NCBI GenBank assembly: GCA_017555585.1
Contig: JAFZGA010000005.1
Span: 102,656-166,655, forward strand
Direction: 5' to 3'
Source: Bacteroidaceae bacterium
GTDB lineage: Bacteria; Bacteroidota; Bacteroidia; Bacteroidales; Bacteroidaceae
DNA: 64,000 bases
The position numbers and the translations under genes were made by a program. The notes below the pieces were generated by a model. The model searched no databases, had not been told where the DNA came from, and worked only from the letters and a program-made list of their open reading frames with translations. This document shows, in pieces, positions 48,563 to 58,084 of the stretch (the first letter of the stretch is position 1; every line of letters starts with the position of its first letter).

Positions 48563-48648
48563 TACATATTCCGTTTGTAAACTTACACAATTAATTCTGA
48601 TAAACACAATAAATGTGGTTTATTTTTAAAAACTTTATAAAAAGTTTC
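48563..48648 (-). promoter_or_regulatory. promoter/leader module copy B (upstream of the T9SS protease gene)
   Basis: This is the partner of 43748..43833. It has the -7-like TAAGTTTA (minus strand, 48585..48578) and the palindrome AAACTTT-N4-AAAGTTT (48630..48647). Its distance to the ATG (48474) is similar, about 105 nt. Confidence 0.5.
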
Positions 48649-48656
48649 CTATAGAC

Positions 48657-48696
48657 AAAGCAGACCTCAAAGCCTGTTTACTTTGAGGTCTGCTTT
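48657..48696 (-). terminator. hairpin terminator after the SPFH gene
   Basis: aaagcagacctcaaag-cctgttta-ctttgaggtctgcttt forms a perfect 16-bp stem. Confidence 0.7.
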
Positions 48697-48713
48697 AATA
48701 TCCTTTTAATCTT

Positions 48714-49538
48714 TTATCTCCTGACATTCCACATTTTACTTGTTCCGTCTGCATTGAAGAGAACATCAATGTTCGCGCCTTGCTTTTCCTTGATGATCTC
48801 CCAAGCACGAAGCTGGATGAACTGGTCTGTGCTCAGGCCTAACTCGTCCTGATATGCCTTGTCTGCAATGGCTCTTTGGCGTTCTGCTGCCTCTTTTGCA
48901 ATAAGCATGTCCTTTCGTGACTCTTCGGTACGTTTTGCTTGTGTTGCAGCAGCTGTCCTATTCATCTCTTCTTTCTGCATTTCGTTAGGGATAGCTCGTC
49001 CCACAAGTACGTTAACAACCGTAATAGGCAGCTCTCCGCTCTTCATCGACAAGTCGGATATGTGTTCTTCCATGTCGTTCTTGACAGCAATATTTATAGA
49101 ATCCAGCACTTCTCTGTTACTCATAAGATCGAACGGGCCGAATTTTGAGATGTAGTTTCGGACAGTATTCCTGTATACCTCCTGGATAACATTGACATAC
49201 CAGTTTTCTCCATAGTTCCTGATCAGGACAGGAGACTTGTTGTCCTTGACCTGCAACTGTATCTGTGTGTTGAAGTCAAGCAATGTATTGTCGTTTGATG
49301 TTACGTCATCCAACTTTTCGTCATACTTGGTCGGCAACATGCCCACAATGACATAATCTGTACTCAACCAGGTATACTGGAGACCTGTTTCAACAGGTAT
49401 CTCGTCTACACCTCCATGTCCTATAAACCATGGCTTATGTATCAGAACAGCCTCTTCACCGGCGTCAGGTGTTACGCTTGTACAAGAACCAAGCATCATT
49501 GCCAAACTCAAAACCAAAAGTCCAAAAATCTTTTTCAT
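48714..49538 (-). CDS. SPFH/band-7 domain lipoprotein
   Basis: 274 aa with the lipobox AMMLGSCTS. It has a prohibitin-like core and a C-terminal coiled region (EESRKDMLIAKEAAERQRAIADKA). Confidence 0.7.
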   Translation of the reverse strand: MKKIFGLLVLSLAMMLGSCTSVTPDAGEEAVLIHKPWFIGHGGVDEIPVETGLQYTWLSTDYVIVGMLPTKYDEKLDDVTSNDNTLLDFNTQIQLQVKDNKSPVLIRNYGENWYVNVIQEVYRNTVRNYISKFGPFDLMSNREVLDSINIAVKNDMEEHISDLSMKSGELPITVVNVLVGRAIPNEMQKEEMNRTAAATQAKRTEESRKDMLIAKEAAERQRAIADKAYQDELGLSTDQFIQLRAWEIIKEKQGANIDVLFNADGTSKMWNVRR

Positions 49539-49550
49539 AAGTTATAGTTA

Positions 49551-51605
49551 TTAGTTGTTACCTTCTACTTCAATCTCGTCAGTAAAGAGCCAACCGCCCT
49601 GATTGCCGCTCTTTGCTGTGTATCGTATATAGCGTGTCTTAACTGGTTTGTCACTTTTCCATCCGTAATTCTTGAACGACAGTTCTTCGTCGCGCACCAC
49701 GTTGTGAGTGACCTCTGCAACGGTTACGAAATTGCTGTTGTCGCTCGACAATGCAACGGTCACCTCTGCTGGCATCCACACGTCGGGAATACACATCTGC
49801 ATAAAGTCGGCATGAACAGCTGTAATATCTTTCTCCTCACCCAGATCAATGGTTACGTCAATACCGCCGCAGATGAATCCTTGCCATTTCTTGTCGGTAT
49901 ATGTCCATCCACCGTGCACACCGTCTACAAGTGCCCCATTGCCGCCGGCGGTGTAACTGTTGCTGTACATCATTCCGTTGTTATAGCTGATGTTCTTGCC
50001 TTTGGCAAGGCTTTTCGATTCCATAGTGGCTTCTTTGCGCTGTCCGAACTCATTCTTGAGGTCAAATGCATTGTATCCTTTTCCTTTCAGCCATTCCACT
50101 GCATTTATGGCGCGTTCCTTGAATTCGCTGATATTGCGCTCTGCAGGGTTGCTCCAACCTATTTCTGCAATGGCAAGTATGCGTGGGTAGACCATATACT
50201 CAACCATCTCCTCAGTAGGAATATATTCGGCCCAAAGATTTCCTTGTACGCCATATATCAGTTTTGCCTTTTCTGCTTCAATGCCTTCTATCGGGTTGTA
50301 TGAATATACCTTTTCAATAGGCATATATGGACCGAATGCCATTGGTTGTGTGTGTGGGGCATCCTGGTATGAATCCAGGTAGCAGTAACCGCCCGGAGTC
50401 ATAATAGCCTTATGCCCGCTGTTTACGGCAGCCAATCCGCCCTCTGTTCCTCTCCACGACATTACAGTCGCGTTTGGAGCAAGTCCGCCGTCGAGAATCT
50501 CGTCCCAGCCAATTATCTGTCGTCCTTTGCTGTTTACGAATTTCTCTATACGCTGTATAAGGTAGCTTTGTAGTTCGTTTACATCTTTAAGGTTTTCCTC
50601 CTTCATGCGTTTTTGGCACAACGGGCAGTGTGGCCATGAGGCTTTGCCTGCCTCGTCACCGCCTATATGTATATATTCGCTGGGGAACAATTCAATTACT
50701 TCGCTCAATACATTTTCAAGGAATTCGTATGTCTTTTCGTTGCCTATGCAAAAGTCTGCCTGCTTGTATGGCTCATGGGTACATGATAGTTCCGGATAGG
50801 CTGTTAGCACCTCTTCGCTGTGTGCAGGCATCTCTATTTCAGGGATGATGGTGATGTATCTTTCCTGTGCATATTTTACAATTTCGCGGATGTCGTCTTG
50901 TGTATAATAACCGCCGTATGCACCCTCTGTGCCTTCGTTTACATACAATCGGTCACCGAACCACCAATCTTTCCACAGTCCCGGTTTGCGCCATGCGGCG
51001 AAATTTGTGAGTTTAGGATATTTCTTTATCTCAATTCGCCATCCCGCAGCATCGGTAAGGTGCAGGTGCAGGCGGTTCATCTTGAAATGCGATATTGCAT
51101 CAATCTGCTTCTTGACAAACTCCTTGTCAAAGAAGTGGCGGCTCACGTCGAGCATGAGTCCTCGGTATGCAAATGCCGGTTCGTCAGTTATAGTACCGCA
51201 AGCAATGCTGTTTCCTTCTCCAGCCATCTGCATGATTGTCTGTATACCATAGAAGAGTCCGGCACCGCCTGTTGCCTCGACGGCAATCTCTTTATGAGCA
51301 ATGGTCATGCGGTAGCCTTCGGGTGATGTTATTCCTTCTACACTGTCTTTGACAACAAGTCTGATTGTTCCTTTGTCAGAATTTTCCAATTCCGTGAGCA
51401 ATGCTCTCATGTAGCCGTCAAGTATTTTCTTGTCGCTTTCGGGAGCTTCCACAATGATTTCTGTCGCTTTTGACAATGTGAATGTCTTGCTTCCAAGTTC
51501 AACCTTTTGCGGTAAAGGCAGTACGTTACAGTTATTTGTTGTAGCCGGTTTGTTGCAAGCTATGGCAACAAAAAGCATTAAAATATAAATATGTATCCTC
51601 TTCAT
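49551..51605 (-). CDS. GH20 beta-N-acetylhexosaminidase with a C-terminal F5/8 type C (discoidin-like) domain
   Basis: 684 aa with a signal peptide. It has MLDVSRHF, HLHLTDAAGWR and the catalytic pair in IHIGGDEAG. The C-terminal ~140 aa look like a galactose-binding-like domain. Confidence 0.9.
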   Translation of the reverse strand: MKRIHIYILMLFVAIACNKPATTNNCNVLPLPQKVELGSKTFTLSKATEIIVEAPESDKKILDGYMRALLTELENSDKGTIRLVVKDSVEGITSPEGYRMTIAHKEIAVEATGGAGLFYGIQTIMQMAGEGNSIACGTITDEPAFAYRGLMLDVSRHFFDKEFVKKQIDAISHFKMNRLHLHLTDAAGWRIEIKKYPKLTNFAAWRKPGLWKDWWFGDRLYVNEGTEGAYGGYYTQDDIREIVKYAQERYITIIPEIEMPAHSEEVLTAYPELSCTHEPYKQADFCIGNEKTYEFLENVLSEVIELFPSEYIHIGGDEAGKASWPHCPLCQKRMKEENLKDVNELQSYLIQRIEKFVNSKGRQIIGWDEILDGGLAPNATVMSWRGTEGGLAAVNSGHKAIMTPGGYCYLDSYQDAPHTQPMAFGPYMPIEKVYSYNPIEGIEAEKAKLIYGVQGNLWAEYIPTEEMVEYMVYPRILAIAEIGWSNPAERNISEFKERAINAVEWLKGKGYNAFDLKNEFGQRKEATMESKSLAKGKNISYNNGMMYSNSYTAGGNGALVDGVHGGWTYTDKKWQGFICGGIDVTIDLGEEKDITAVHADFMQMCIPDVWMPAEVTVALSSDNSNFVTVAEVTHNVVRDEELSFKNYGWKSDKPVKTRYIRYTAKSGNQGGWLFTDEIEVEGNN

Positions 51606-51685
51606 AGAATGTTTATTTTTTGCGAATGTAGCATATTTTTTTAAAAAAGTTCAATAAAAATTTGGAAAGTGAATATAATTGTGGT

Positions 51686-51717
51686 TACATTTGTGGTGTA
51701 CTAATAAACTAATACAC
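51686..51717 (+). promoter_or_regulatory. -7 box (TACATTTG) plus candidate GntR operator GTGTA-N12-TACAC
   Basis: TACATTTG lies at 51686..51693. GTGTACTAATAAACTAATACAC lies at 51696..51717, with an internal direct repeat ACTAATA x2, and ends 1 nt before the ABC ATPase ATG. Confidence 0.4.
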
Positions 51718-51718
51718 T

Positions 51719-52519
51719 ATGATAGAGATCAAGAATTTGTCATTTGCTTATTCAGGAACTGATGTTCTGGATAATATAAGCACCGCTTTTGAGCAGGGTA
51801 GGGTATATGGCCTGCTCGGTGCCAATGGAGTGGGAAAGAGTACGCTTTTCAAGTTGTTGTGCGGTCTGCTCACAACAAAGCGTGGTAAAATTGATATCGA
51901 CGGCTACTCGCCTGCCGACCGCCATCCGGGTTTCCTGTCGAAGATATTCTATATACCCGAGGATTTTGAAGGCCCGGCAGTTTCAATTAAGAACTATGCA
52001 AGCGGAATATCTTCATTCTATTCCAAATACGACGAGAATCTGCTTCATAGCCTGCTTAATGATTTTGATATAGATATCAACCGCAAGTTCACTTCGTTGT
52101 CTCTCGGTCAGCGCAAGAGAGCCATACTTTCTATAGCACTTGCCATGAACACCGAATATCTGTTGCTTGACGAGCCTACAAACGGACTCGATATTCCGGC
52201 AAAGGCTGAGTTCCGCAAAATGGTTGCAAAGGCGATGGACGACAATCGCACCATTATAATCTCTACCCATCAGGTGAAGGATGTCGAGAATCTGCTCGAC
52301 CATATAATGATTCTGGACAAACGTTGTGTATTGCTTGATAGCAGTGTTGCCGATATCCAGCAGCAATATTCGTTTGACGTGACAATGCAACGCCCTGCCG
52401 ATGCGCTTTATTGCGAGGAAGGTCTCGGAGGTTATTGCTCTATCAGTAACAACACGACTGACGAGGAGAGCCGCATAAATATAGAACTCTTGTTCAATTA
52501 CATCAACTCAAAAAAATAA
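51719..52519 (+). CDS. ABC transporter ATP-binding protein (ABC-2/YtrB-like)
   Basis: It has Walker A GANGVGKST, signature LSLGQRKR and Walker B LLLDEPTNGLD. Confidence 0.9.
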   Translation: MIEIKNLSFAYSGTDVLDNISTAFEQGRVYGLLGANGVGKSTLFKLLCGLLTTKRGKIDIDGYSPADRHPGFLSKIFYIPEDFEGPAVSIKNYASGISSFYSKYDENLLHSLLNDFDIDINRKFTSLSLGQRKRAILSIALAMNTEYLLLDEPTNGLDIPAKAEFRKMVAKAMDDNRTIIISTHQVKDVENLLDHIMILDKRCVLLDSSVADIQQQYSFDVTMQRPADALYCEEGLGGYCSISNNTTDEESRINIELLFNYINSKK

Positions 52520-52525
52520 TAGATT

Positions 52526-53335
52526 ATGAATGAAGTTTTTGATATAAAGCGTTTAGGCAAGCTGATGCAATATGAGGTGATTAACTATATCCCCCACTAT
52601 TTCAAGTCGCTACTTATTTTTGCAAGCGTAATTGCTGCAGTGTGGATTTTATCACTAACCATTGAAGAACCCATTATGCCAGGTGGCAGGGATGAACTTG
52701 TAAAAGTACTTTTTGTTCTTGCGATAACGTTGAGCCCATTCATTGTATACAAGGACATGAACAACCGTAAAAAAGGATATATATATGCCATGATTCCGGC
52801 AAGCACCCTTGAGAAACTGTTGTCTATGATTGTGCTTTGTGTTGTCATTGTGCCGCTTCTTGCATATGCGGTGCTCACCGCTACTGACCTGTTGCTGTGG
52901 CTCTTGTCAAAAGTAGGTATAGGGACATTCTTGCATATGGAGTTCTATAATCCGTTTACCTCTATTAAAATTGTTGATGATGAATATCTGCTACCCCACA
53001 TATATCCTGTATTCGACAGTATTATCTATTTTGTCAATCTTGTTGCCTACACAATAATGTTCAATACAATCTTCCGCAAGAACAAGGTGTTCAAGACTAT
53101 TCTTTTCAATATTTCAATGACATTTGCCTTTGTCATATTGACAGCGGTCATTGTAAATATTACAACGCCCGAATTCTGGGAAAATCTGCTCAGTCCGTTT
53201 GTTGAGTGGCTTGATGAAAAAACAGATGTGGAACTGTTCGGTTATGTAATGACTACAGTTCGTTGCTTGACGGTTCTTATGTCAATGGCATTCCTTTACA
53301 TTACCTATTTCAGAATAAAGAAAGTAAACTATTAA
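52526..53335 (+). CDS. polytopic membrane protein (putative permease partner of the ABC ATPase)
   Basis: 269 aa with about 6 hydrophobic segments and no recognisable motif. The call rests on operon context. Confidence 0.55.
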   Translation: MNEVFDIKRLGKLMQYEVINYIPHYFKSLLIFASVIAAVWILSLTIEEPIMPGGRDELVKVLFVLAITLSPFIVYKDMNNRKKGYIYAMIPASTLEKLLSMIVLCVVIVPLLAYAVLTATDLLLWLLSKVGIGTFLHMEFYNPFTSIKIVDDEYLLPHIYPVFDSIIYFVNLVAYTIMFNTIFRKNKVFKTILFNISMTFAFVILTAVIVNITTPEFWENLLSPFVEWLDEKTDVELFGYVMTTVRCLTVLMSMAFLYITYFRIKKVNY

Positions 53336-53338
53336 AGA

Positions 53339-53692
53339 GTGTATATTATGGAGTATAACGAACATAAACCTATTTACCTTCAGAATGTCGATCTCATGCA
53401 GGAGAAGATTCTACGTGGCGACTGGAGCGAAGAAGAACGCATACCCTCGGTACGTGAGATGGGCGCGATGGTCGGTGTTAACCCCAATACTATTGTACGC
53501 TCATATCAGCTGCTCGAAGCGCAGGAAGTAATATACAACAAGCGTGGTCTTGGATATTTTGTCAAGGAAGGTGCAGTCGCGCGAATCAAGGAGAATGTAA
53601 AGCGTGAATTCATTGCCAACGAATTGCCTCAATTCAAGGCAAAATTGGAGATGCTTGGCATTACAAAAGATGAACTTCTTAAACTTTTATGA
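53339..53692 (+). CDS. GntR family transcriptional regulator, YtrA-like (short)
   Basis: 117 aa with the winged-helix pattern IPSVREMGAMVGVNPNTIVRSYQLLEAQEVIYNKRGLGYFV. The short C-terminus is as in the YtrA subfamily. Confidence 0.85.
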   Translation: MYIMEYNEHKPIYLQNVDLMQEKILRGDWSEEERIPSVREMGAMVGVNPNTIVRSYQLLEAQEVIYNKRGLGYFVKEGAVARIKENVKREFIANELPQFKAKLEMLGITKDELLKLL

Positions 53693-54093
53693 TTATGAAA
53701 AAGTCAATATTACCATTACTTGTTTTGACACTTTTTATTATGAGTTCGTGCATGCAATGCAGTGTCAGTCACACGGGAGGCAATTTCAGAAGAGTTGATG
53801 TTGCCGAGTTCAAAGAGTTCATAACAGCCCCCGATGTACAGCTTGTTGATGTGCGCACGGCCGAAGAGTTCAATGCCGGTCACATTCCGGGCAGTATAAA
53901 TATTGATGTTCTCAAAGGACACGAGGAACTTGTTGCGACACTCGATCCTGAACGTCCTGTAGCTCTCTACTGTCGCAGTGGAAGACGTAGTGAAAATGCC
54001 GCTTGGGTTCTGGAAAAGGTATTCTTCAGGAATGTGGTCGACCTGAAAGGTGGCTACAATGCCTGGGTTGAATACAATGCCAACCTCGAATGA
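53689..54093 (+). CDS. rhodanese-like domain protein (secreted or lipoprotein)
   Basis: 134 aa with a signal peptide and the active-site loop YCRSGRRS. The ATGA start overlaps the gntR stop. Confidence 0.85.
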   Translation: MIMKKSILPLLVLTLFIMSSCMQCSVSHTGGNFRRVDVAEFKEFITAPDVQLVDVRTAEEFNAGHIPGSINIDVLKGHEELVATLDPERPVALYCRSGRRSENAAWVLEKVFFRNVVDLKGGYNAWVEYNANLE

Positions 54094-54134
54094 GTGTATA
54101 CAAGATTATTAAGATAACGATTAAATGAACTATT

Positions 54135-55907
54135 ATGAAAGATTTTTTTAAAACCACATTTGCCTGCATGCTGGGTATGGTAATTGCAGGGTTAATTATC
54201 CCTATTGTGGGAATATTGATTATTGTCGGCATAGCAGCCTCTTCGAGTGCCGATAGTGATATTGAAAAGAATTCGGTACTATTCCTCGACCTTAATGGAA
54301 TTATTGAAGAGCGTGCCGAGGAGAATCCCTTTGCATCAATATTGAATGACAAGCTCAAAACCTATGGTCTTGATGATATAATAGCGGCTATCAAAGAGGC
54401 AAAGGCAAATGAGAACATAAAGGGAATTTATCTGCAGACCGGCGCTGTAGAGGGTGTATCGGGGGCTTCGCTTGAGGAGATACGCGGCGAACTTGCTTCC
54501 TTCAAGGAGAGCGGCAAGTTCATTGTTGCCTATGGCGACCAGTATTCACAGGAACTCTATTATCTTGCCACTGTTGCCGATAAACTTATCCTGAATCCGC
54601 AGGGAAGCATCGGGTGGCACGGTCTTGCATCGACTCCCGTCTTCTATAAGGATTTGCTTGAGAAGATAGGTATCGAGATGCAGGTGTTCAAGGTTGGTAC
54701 CTACAAGTCGGCTGTAGAGCCCTTCATCGCAACAGAGATGAGCGATGCCAACCGCGAACAGCTTACCGAAATGCTGGATTCCACTTGGGACGAACTGCTT
54801 ACGGCTGTTTCCGCCTCACGTAATGTGTCAAAGGAGAAACTCAATGAGTATGCCGACAAGTTCATGGATTTTTGTCAGGCCGAGGAATATGTAGCATGCG
54901 GTATGGCCGATACATTGCTCTATAAGGATGGTGTGTTGGATTATCTCAAGAGTCTTACTGGTGTTTCAGTCGACGATGAACTGAATCTTGTTACAATGAA
55001 GACAATGAAAGATAGATTGAAGGTCAGCAGTAAACTTGAGGAAGCTATCGCTGAGAGCAAGATTGCTGTATACTATGCGTTCGGAGAGATTGACGGCTCT
55101 ACCTCTTCTTTTGACGGAATAAACTCAAATAAGGTAATCAAGGATCTGCGTAAATTACGTGAGGATGACGATGTGAAGGCTGTAGTTCTCCGTGTAAACT
55201 CTCCCGGTGGCAGTGCCTATGGCTCGGAACAGATATGGCGTGAGGTGACACTCCTCAAGGCTGCGAAGCCTGTTGTGGTTTCAATGGGTGACTATGCGGC
55301 ATCGGGCGGTTACTATATCTCATGTGCTGCAGACTGCATTGTTGCAAGCCCCATCACGCTCACCGGCTCAATTGGTATCTTTGGAGTAATCCCAAGTGCC
55401 GAGAAACTGTTGAAGGAGAAGGTTGGCCTTGGCTTTGATGTGGTAAAGACTAATCCAATGGCCGACTTCGGCACCATGTCACGCACTTTCACCCCCCAGG
55501 AGAGAGTTGTTCTGCAGAACTACGTCAATAACGGATATGCACTGTTCTTGAAACGATGTGCCGACGGACGCGGTGTTGCTGTCGAAGAGATAGCAAAGAT
55601 TGCCGAAGGTCGCGTATGGACCGGCAGCAAGGCCAAGGAGATAGGTCTGGTAGATGAACTTGGCGACCTTGACAGGGCGATTGAGATTGCTGCACAGAAG
55701 GCCGGACTTGCCGATTATAGCGTTAAGGCATACCCCGAGGAGAAACCTCTTATCGAGAAACTGATGGATACAAAGAAGGAGGATTATATGGAGACTATGG
55801 CGCGTGAAACCTTCGGCGGTTATTACAATAGCGTCAAGTTCATCCGCAACATCGGTAACTGCGACCGCATTCAGGCGCGCTTGCCGTTTGACCTGAATAT
55901 ATGGTAA
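54135..55907 (+). CDS. sppA: signal peptide peptidase SppA, 67K type
   Basis: 590 aa with an N-terminal TM and two S49 (ClpP-fold) halves. The second half has NSPGGSAYGSE and GDYAASGGYY. Confidence 0.9.
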   Translation: MKDFFKTTFACMLGMVIAGLIIPIVGILIIVGIAASSSADSDIEKNSVLFLDLNGIIEERAEENPFASILNDKLKTYGLDDIIAAIKEAKANENIKGIYLQTGAVEGVSGASLEEIRGELASFKESGKFIVAYGDQYSQELYYLATVADKLILNPQGSIGWHGLASTPVFYKDLLEKIGIEMQVFKVGTYKSAVEPFIATEMSDANREQLTEMLDSTWDELLTAVSASRNVSKEKLNEYADKFMDFCQAEEYVACGMADTLLYKDGVLDYLKSLTGVSVDDELNLVTMKTMKDRLKVSSKLEEAIAESKIAVYYAFGEIDGSTSSFDGINSNKVIKDLRKLREDDDVKAVVLRVNSPGGSAYGSEQIWREVTLLKAAKPVVVSMGDYAASGGYYISCAADCIVASPITLTGSIGIFGVIPSAEKLLKEKVGLGFDVVKTNPMADFGTMSRTFTPQERVVLQNYVNNGYALFLKRCADGRGVAVEEIAKIAEGRVWTGSKAKEIGLVDELGDLDRAIEIAAQKAGLADYSVKAYPEEKPLIEKLMDTKKEDYMETMARETFGGYYNSVKFIRNIGNCDRIQARLPFDLNIW

Positions 55908-55933
55908 CCATTGTGAAATGATTTATAATTTAC

Positions 55934-56599
55934 ATGAATATGAAAAAACTTTGTTCTCTTTTTGTAGCCGCTTCCATGCTGCTTCTTGTGGGATGCGAAA
56001 TCAAATATAACGGTGTGGCAGTCCAGTTGAACAACGAGTGTACATATATCCTTGACGAGGAACTGCTTGCCTCACTTGAGTTGAGCGGTGGAGTAGATGT
56101 GGTAGTGGACACTGCCATGGCAAAGAATAAGGTACGTGTAGTTTCAAACACCGATGACTTCAGCAAGCTTGTGGTGAAAGCCGAGAAAGGCAGGCTGGTG
56201 ATTTCAAGTAAACGTGAGTTAGGGAATATTGAGTATAAGGCCTATGTTCCTGCTTGCGCTTACAGTGCAGTGGCTGTTGCAGGCGGCTGTGATTTGGAGT
56301 GGAACAACTGCGATGTCAATGAACTGACAGTGTCGGTGTCGGGCGGTGCCGACTGCGAGGTCAAGGGACGTTGTAATACTCTTACCCTTGCAGTATCGGG
56401 CGGTGCAGATGTTGATTTTGATGAACTGCTTGCCGGTGATGTATCGGTTGTTGCCTCGGGTGGTGCCGATGTCAAGCTGCATGCAGTGAGGACAATCTCT
56501 GTCTTCGCTTCGGGCGATGCCGATGTCTACATCGATGGAACACCGCAGATATCGGGCTGGAACGTTTCCGGCGGCGCCGATGTCTACATCAACGAATAA
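55934..56599 (+). CDS. DUF2807 / head GIN-domain lipoprotein
   Basis: 221 aa with the lipobox LLLVGCE. It has repeated beta-helix-like units containing SGGADV/SGGADC. Confidence 0.55.
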   Translation: MNMKKLCSLFVAASMLLLVGCEIKYNGVAVQLNNECTYILDEELLASLELSGGVDVVVDTAMAKNKVRVVSNTDDFSKLVVKAEKGRLVISSKRELGNIEYKAYVPACAYSAVAVAGGCDLEWNNCDVNELTVSVSGGADCEVKGRCNTLTLAVSGGADVDFDELLAGDVSVVASGGADVKLHAVRTISVFASGDADVYIDGTPQISGWNVSGGADVYINE

Positions 56600-56602
56600 T
56601 GG

Positions 56603-57289
56603 ATGTTGCTTATGAAAGCAAACGCAAAACTAATGGCCTCGGCAGGCATCAAGCTTCTTATGGGGCTTGTGCTTGTGGGGCTTTTGATTTTTCTACCGGC
56701 TGGGACAATACACTTTTTCAATGGATGGCTTCTTGTTGCGGTACTTTTTGTACCTATGCTCATTGCCGGTGTGGTGATGGCATTGCGCTCGCCTGAACTG
56801 TTGAAAAAACGTCTTAATGCCAAGGAGAAAGAGGATGAACAGAAGAGCGTTGTCGCAATGAGCGGCATAATGTTTGTTGCCTCTTTTGTCGTTGCCGGGC
56901 TTGACTTCAGATACACTTGGACAGCAATGCCCTCATGGATGGTGTGGAGTGCAACCGCGCTATTCCTGCTGTCGTATATCATGTATGCCGAAGTAATGCG
57001 TGAGAATACATACCTTTCGCGTACTATAGAGGTTCAGGAGAATCAGAAGGTTGTCGATACCGGGCTTTATGGTATAGTGCGCCATCCTATGTATTCGGCA
57101 ACGGTCCTGATGTTCCTCTTCATGCCACTTGTACTCGGCTCATTGCCGTCGTTTGTAATAATGTTGGCTTATATACCGCTGATCATAAAAAGAATAAAGA
57201 ACGAGGAGGCTGTTCTTTTGAGAGGTCTTGATGGATATGCCGATTATTGCAGGAAAGTTAGATATAGGATTATACCGTTCATATACTAA
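56603..57289 (+). CDS. isoprenylcysteine carboxyl methyltransferase (ICMT/PEMT) family membrane protein
   Basis: 228 aa, polytopic, with GLYGIVRHPMY and a ...EE..L tail. Confidence 0.7.
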   Translation: MLLMKANAKLMASAGIKLLMGLVLVGLLIFLPAGTIHFFNGWLLVAVLFVPMLIAGVVMALRSPELLKKRLNAKEKEDEQKSVVAMSGIMFVASFVVAGLDFRYTWTAMPSWMVWSATALFLLSYIMYAEVMRENTYLSRTIEVQENQKVVDTGLYGIVRHPMYSATVLMFLFMPLVLGSLPSFVIMLAYIPLIIKRIKNEEAVLLRGLDGYADYCRKVRYRIIPFIY

Positions 57290-57331
57290 AAATAGATATG
57301 GAGTGTCAATTGACACTCCATATCTATTTTT
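57288..57331. terminator. bidirectional terminator, 44-nt perfect palindrome
   Basis: aaaatagatatggagtgtcaa|ttgacactccatatctatttt, between the convergent ICMT (+) and thioesterase (-) genes. Confidence 0.75.
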
Positions 57332-57340
57332 GTACGTTTC

Positions 57341-58084
57341 TTAGAAAACCAGTTTTACAGCAAAATTCTGTTTGTCCGAAACCTTGCCTGTTATGTAATA
57401 GACAATGCCTTCTTCGGTCTCTTGGCGTACGCGTGAGATTTTTACCACATCGCCCGGCATAACCTCTGCATCATAGTTGATGAGCAACTCCTTCAATGGC
57501 TTTTCCTTGATGTCCTCTTGTTTTACGGCATCAATAGCCCAGACTGCATATTTCACGTTGTTCACGTGTCCGTTTGTGTCTATCTCTGACCATGTTACAG
57601 GGTGCTTCCTTACAAGTTCCGGTTCAATGTCAACCGGTATGACAACCTTGTCGGCTGGTGTCTTAATGGCATGTATGGCTGTGTCGTTCAACGCAAGGTC
57701 GCTGTTGCGTACCAGTCGTCGTGTGTTCATGTCAATGATAAGCCACGATGTTGTTGCAAGTACCATCGGGTTGCCCTCTTTGTCGCTCAGTATGAAATCG
57801 CGAAGATAAAAGAGCTTGGATACCCCCTTGTGCCATGTCTTGAGGTTTACCTCTTCGCGCCATTTGGGAGTGTTGTTGAACTTTACATGTATGCGTGACA
57901 GCACCCATGCTGTATTGCTGTTCATCATCTCGTCGTAACCGAATCCCAATGTCGATGCGTTTACGTTCGCAGCTTCCTGCATAAGGTCGAGCATTGCTGT
58001 AGGGCGCATGAGTTGGTTTGCGTCTGCCTCATAACAGGTGATAGTGTAGTCTTTTGAGAATGCTTTATCCATAATTCCTATCAT
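57341..58084 (-). CDS. acyl-ACP thioesterase family protein
   Basis: 247 aa with a double hotdog pattern (YEADANQLMRPTAMLDLMQEAA; DTNGHVNNVKY). Confidence 0.75.
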   Translation of the reverse strand: MIGIMDKAFSKDYTITCYEADANQLMRPTAMLDLMQEAANVNASTLGFGYDEMMNSNTAWVLSRIHVKFNNTPKWREEVNLKTWHKGVSKLFYLRDFILSDKEGNPMVLATTSWLIIDMNTRRLVRNSDLALNDTAIHAIKTPADKVVIPVDIEPELVRKHPVTWSEIDTNGHVNNVKYAVWAIDAVKQEDIKEKPLKELLINYDAEVMPGDVVKISRVRQETEEGIVYYITGKVSDKQNFAVKLVF

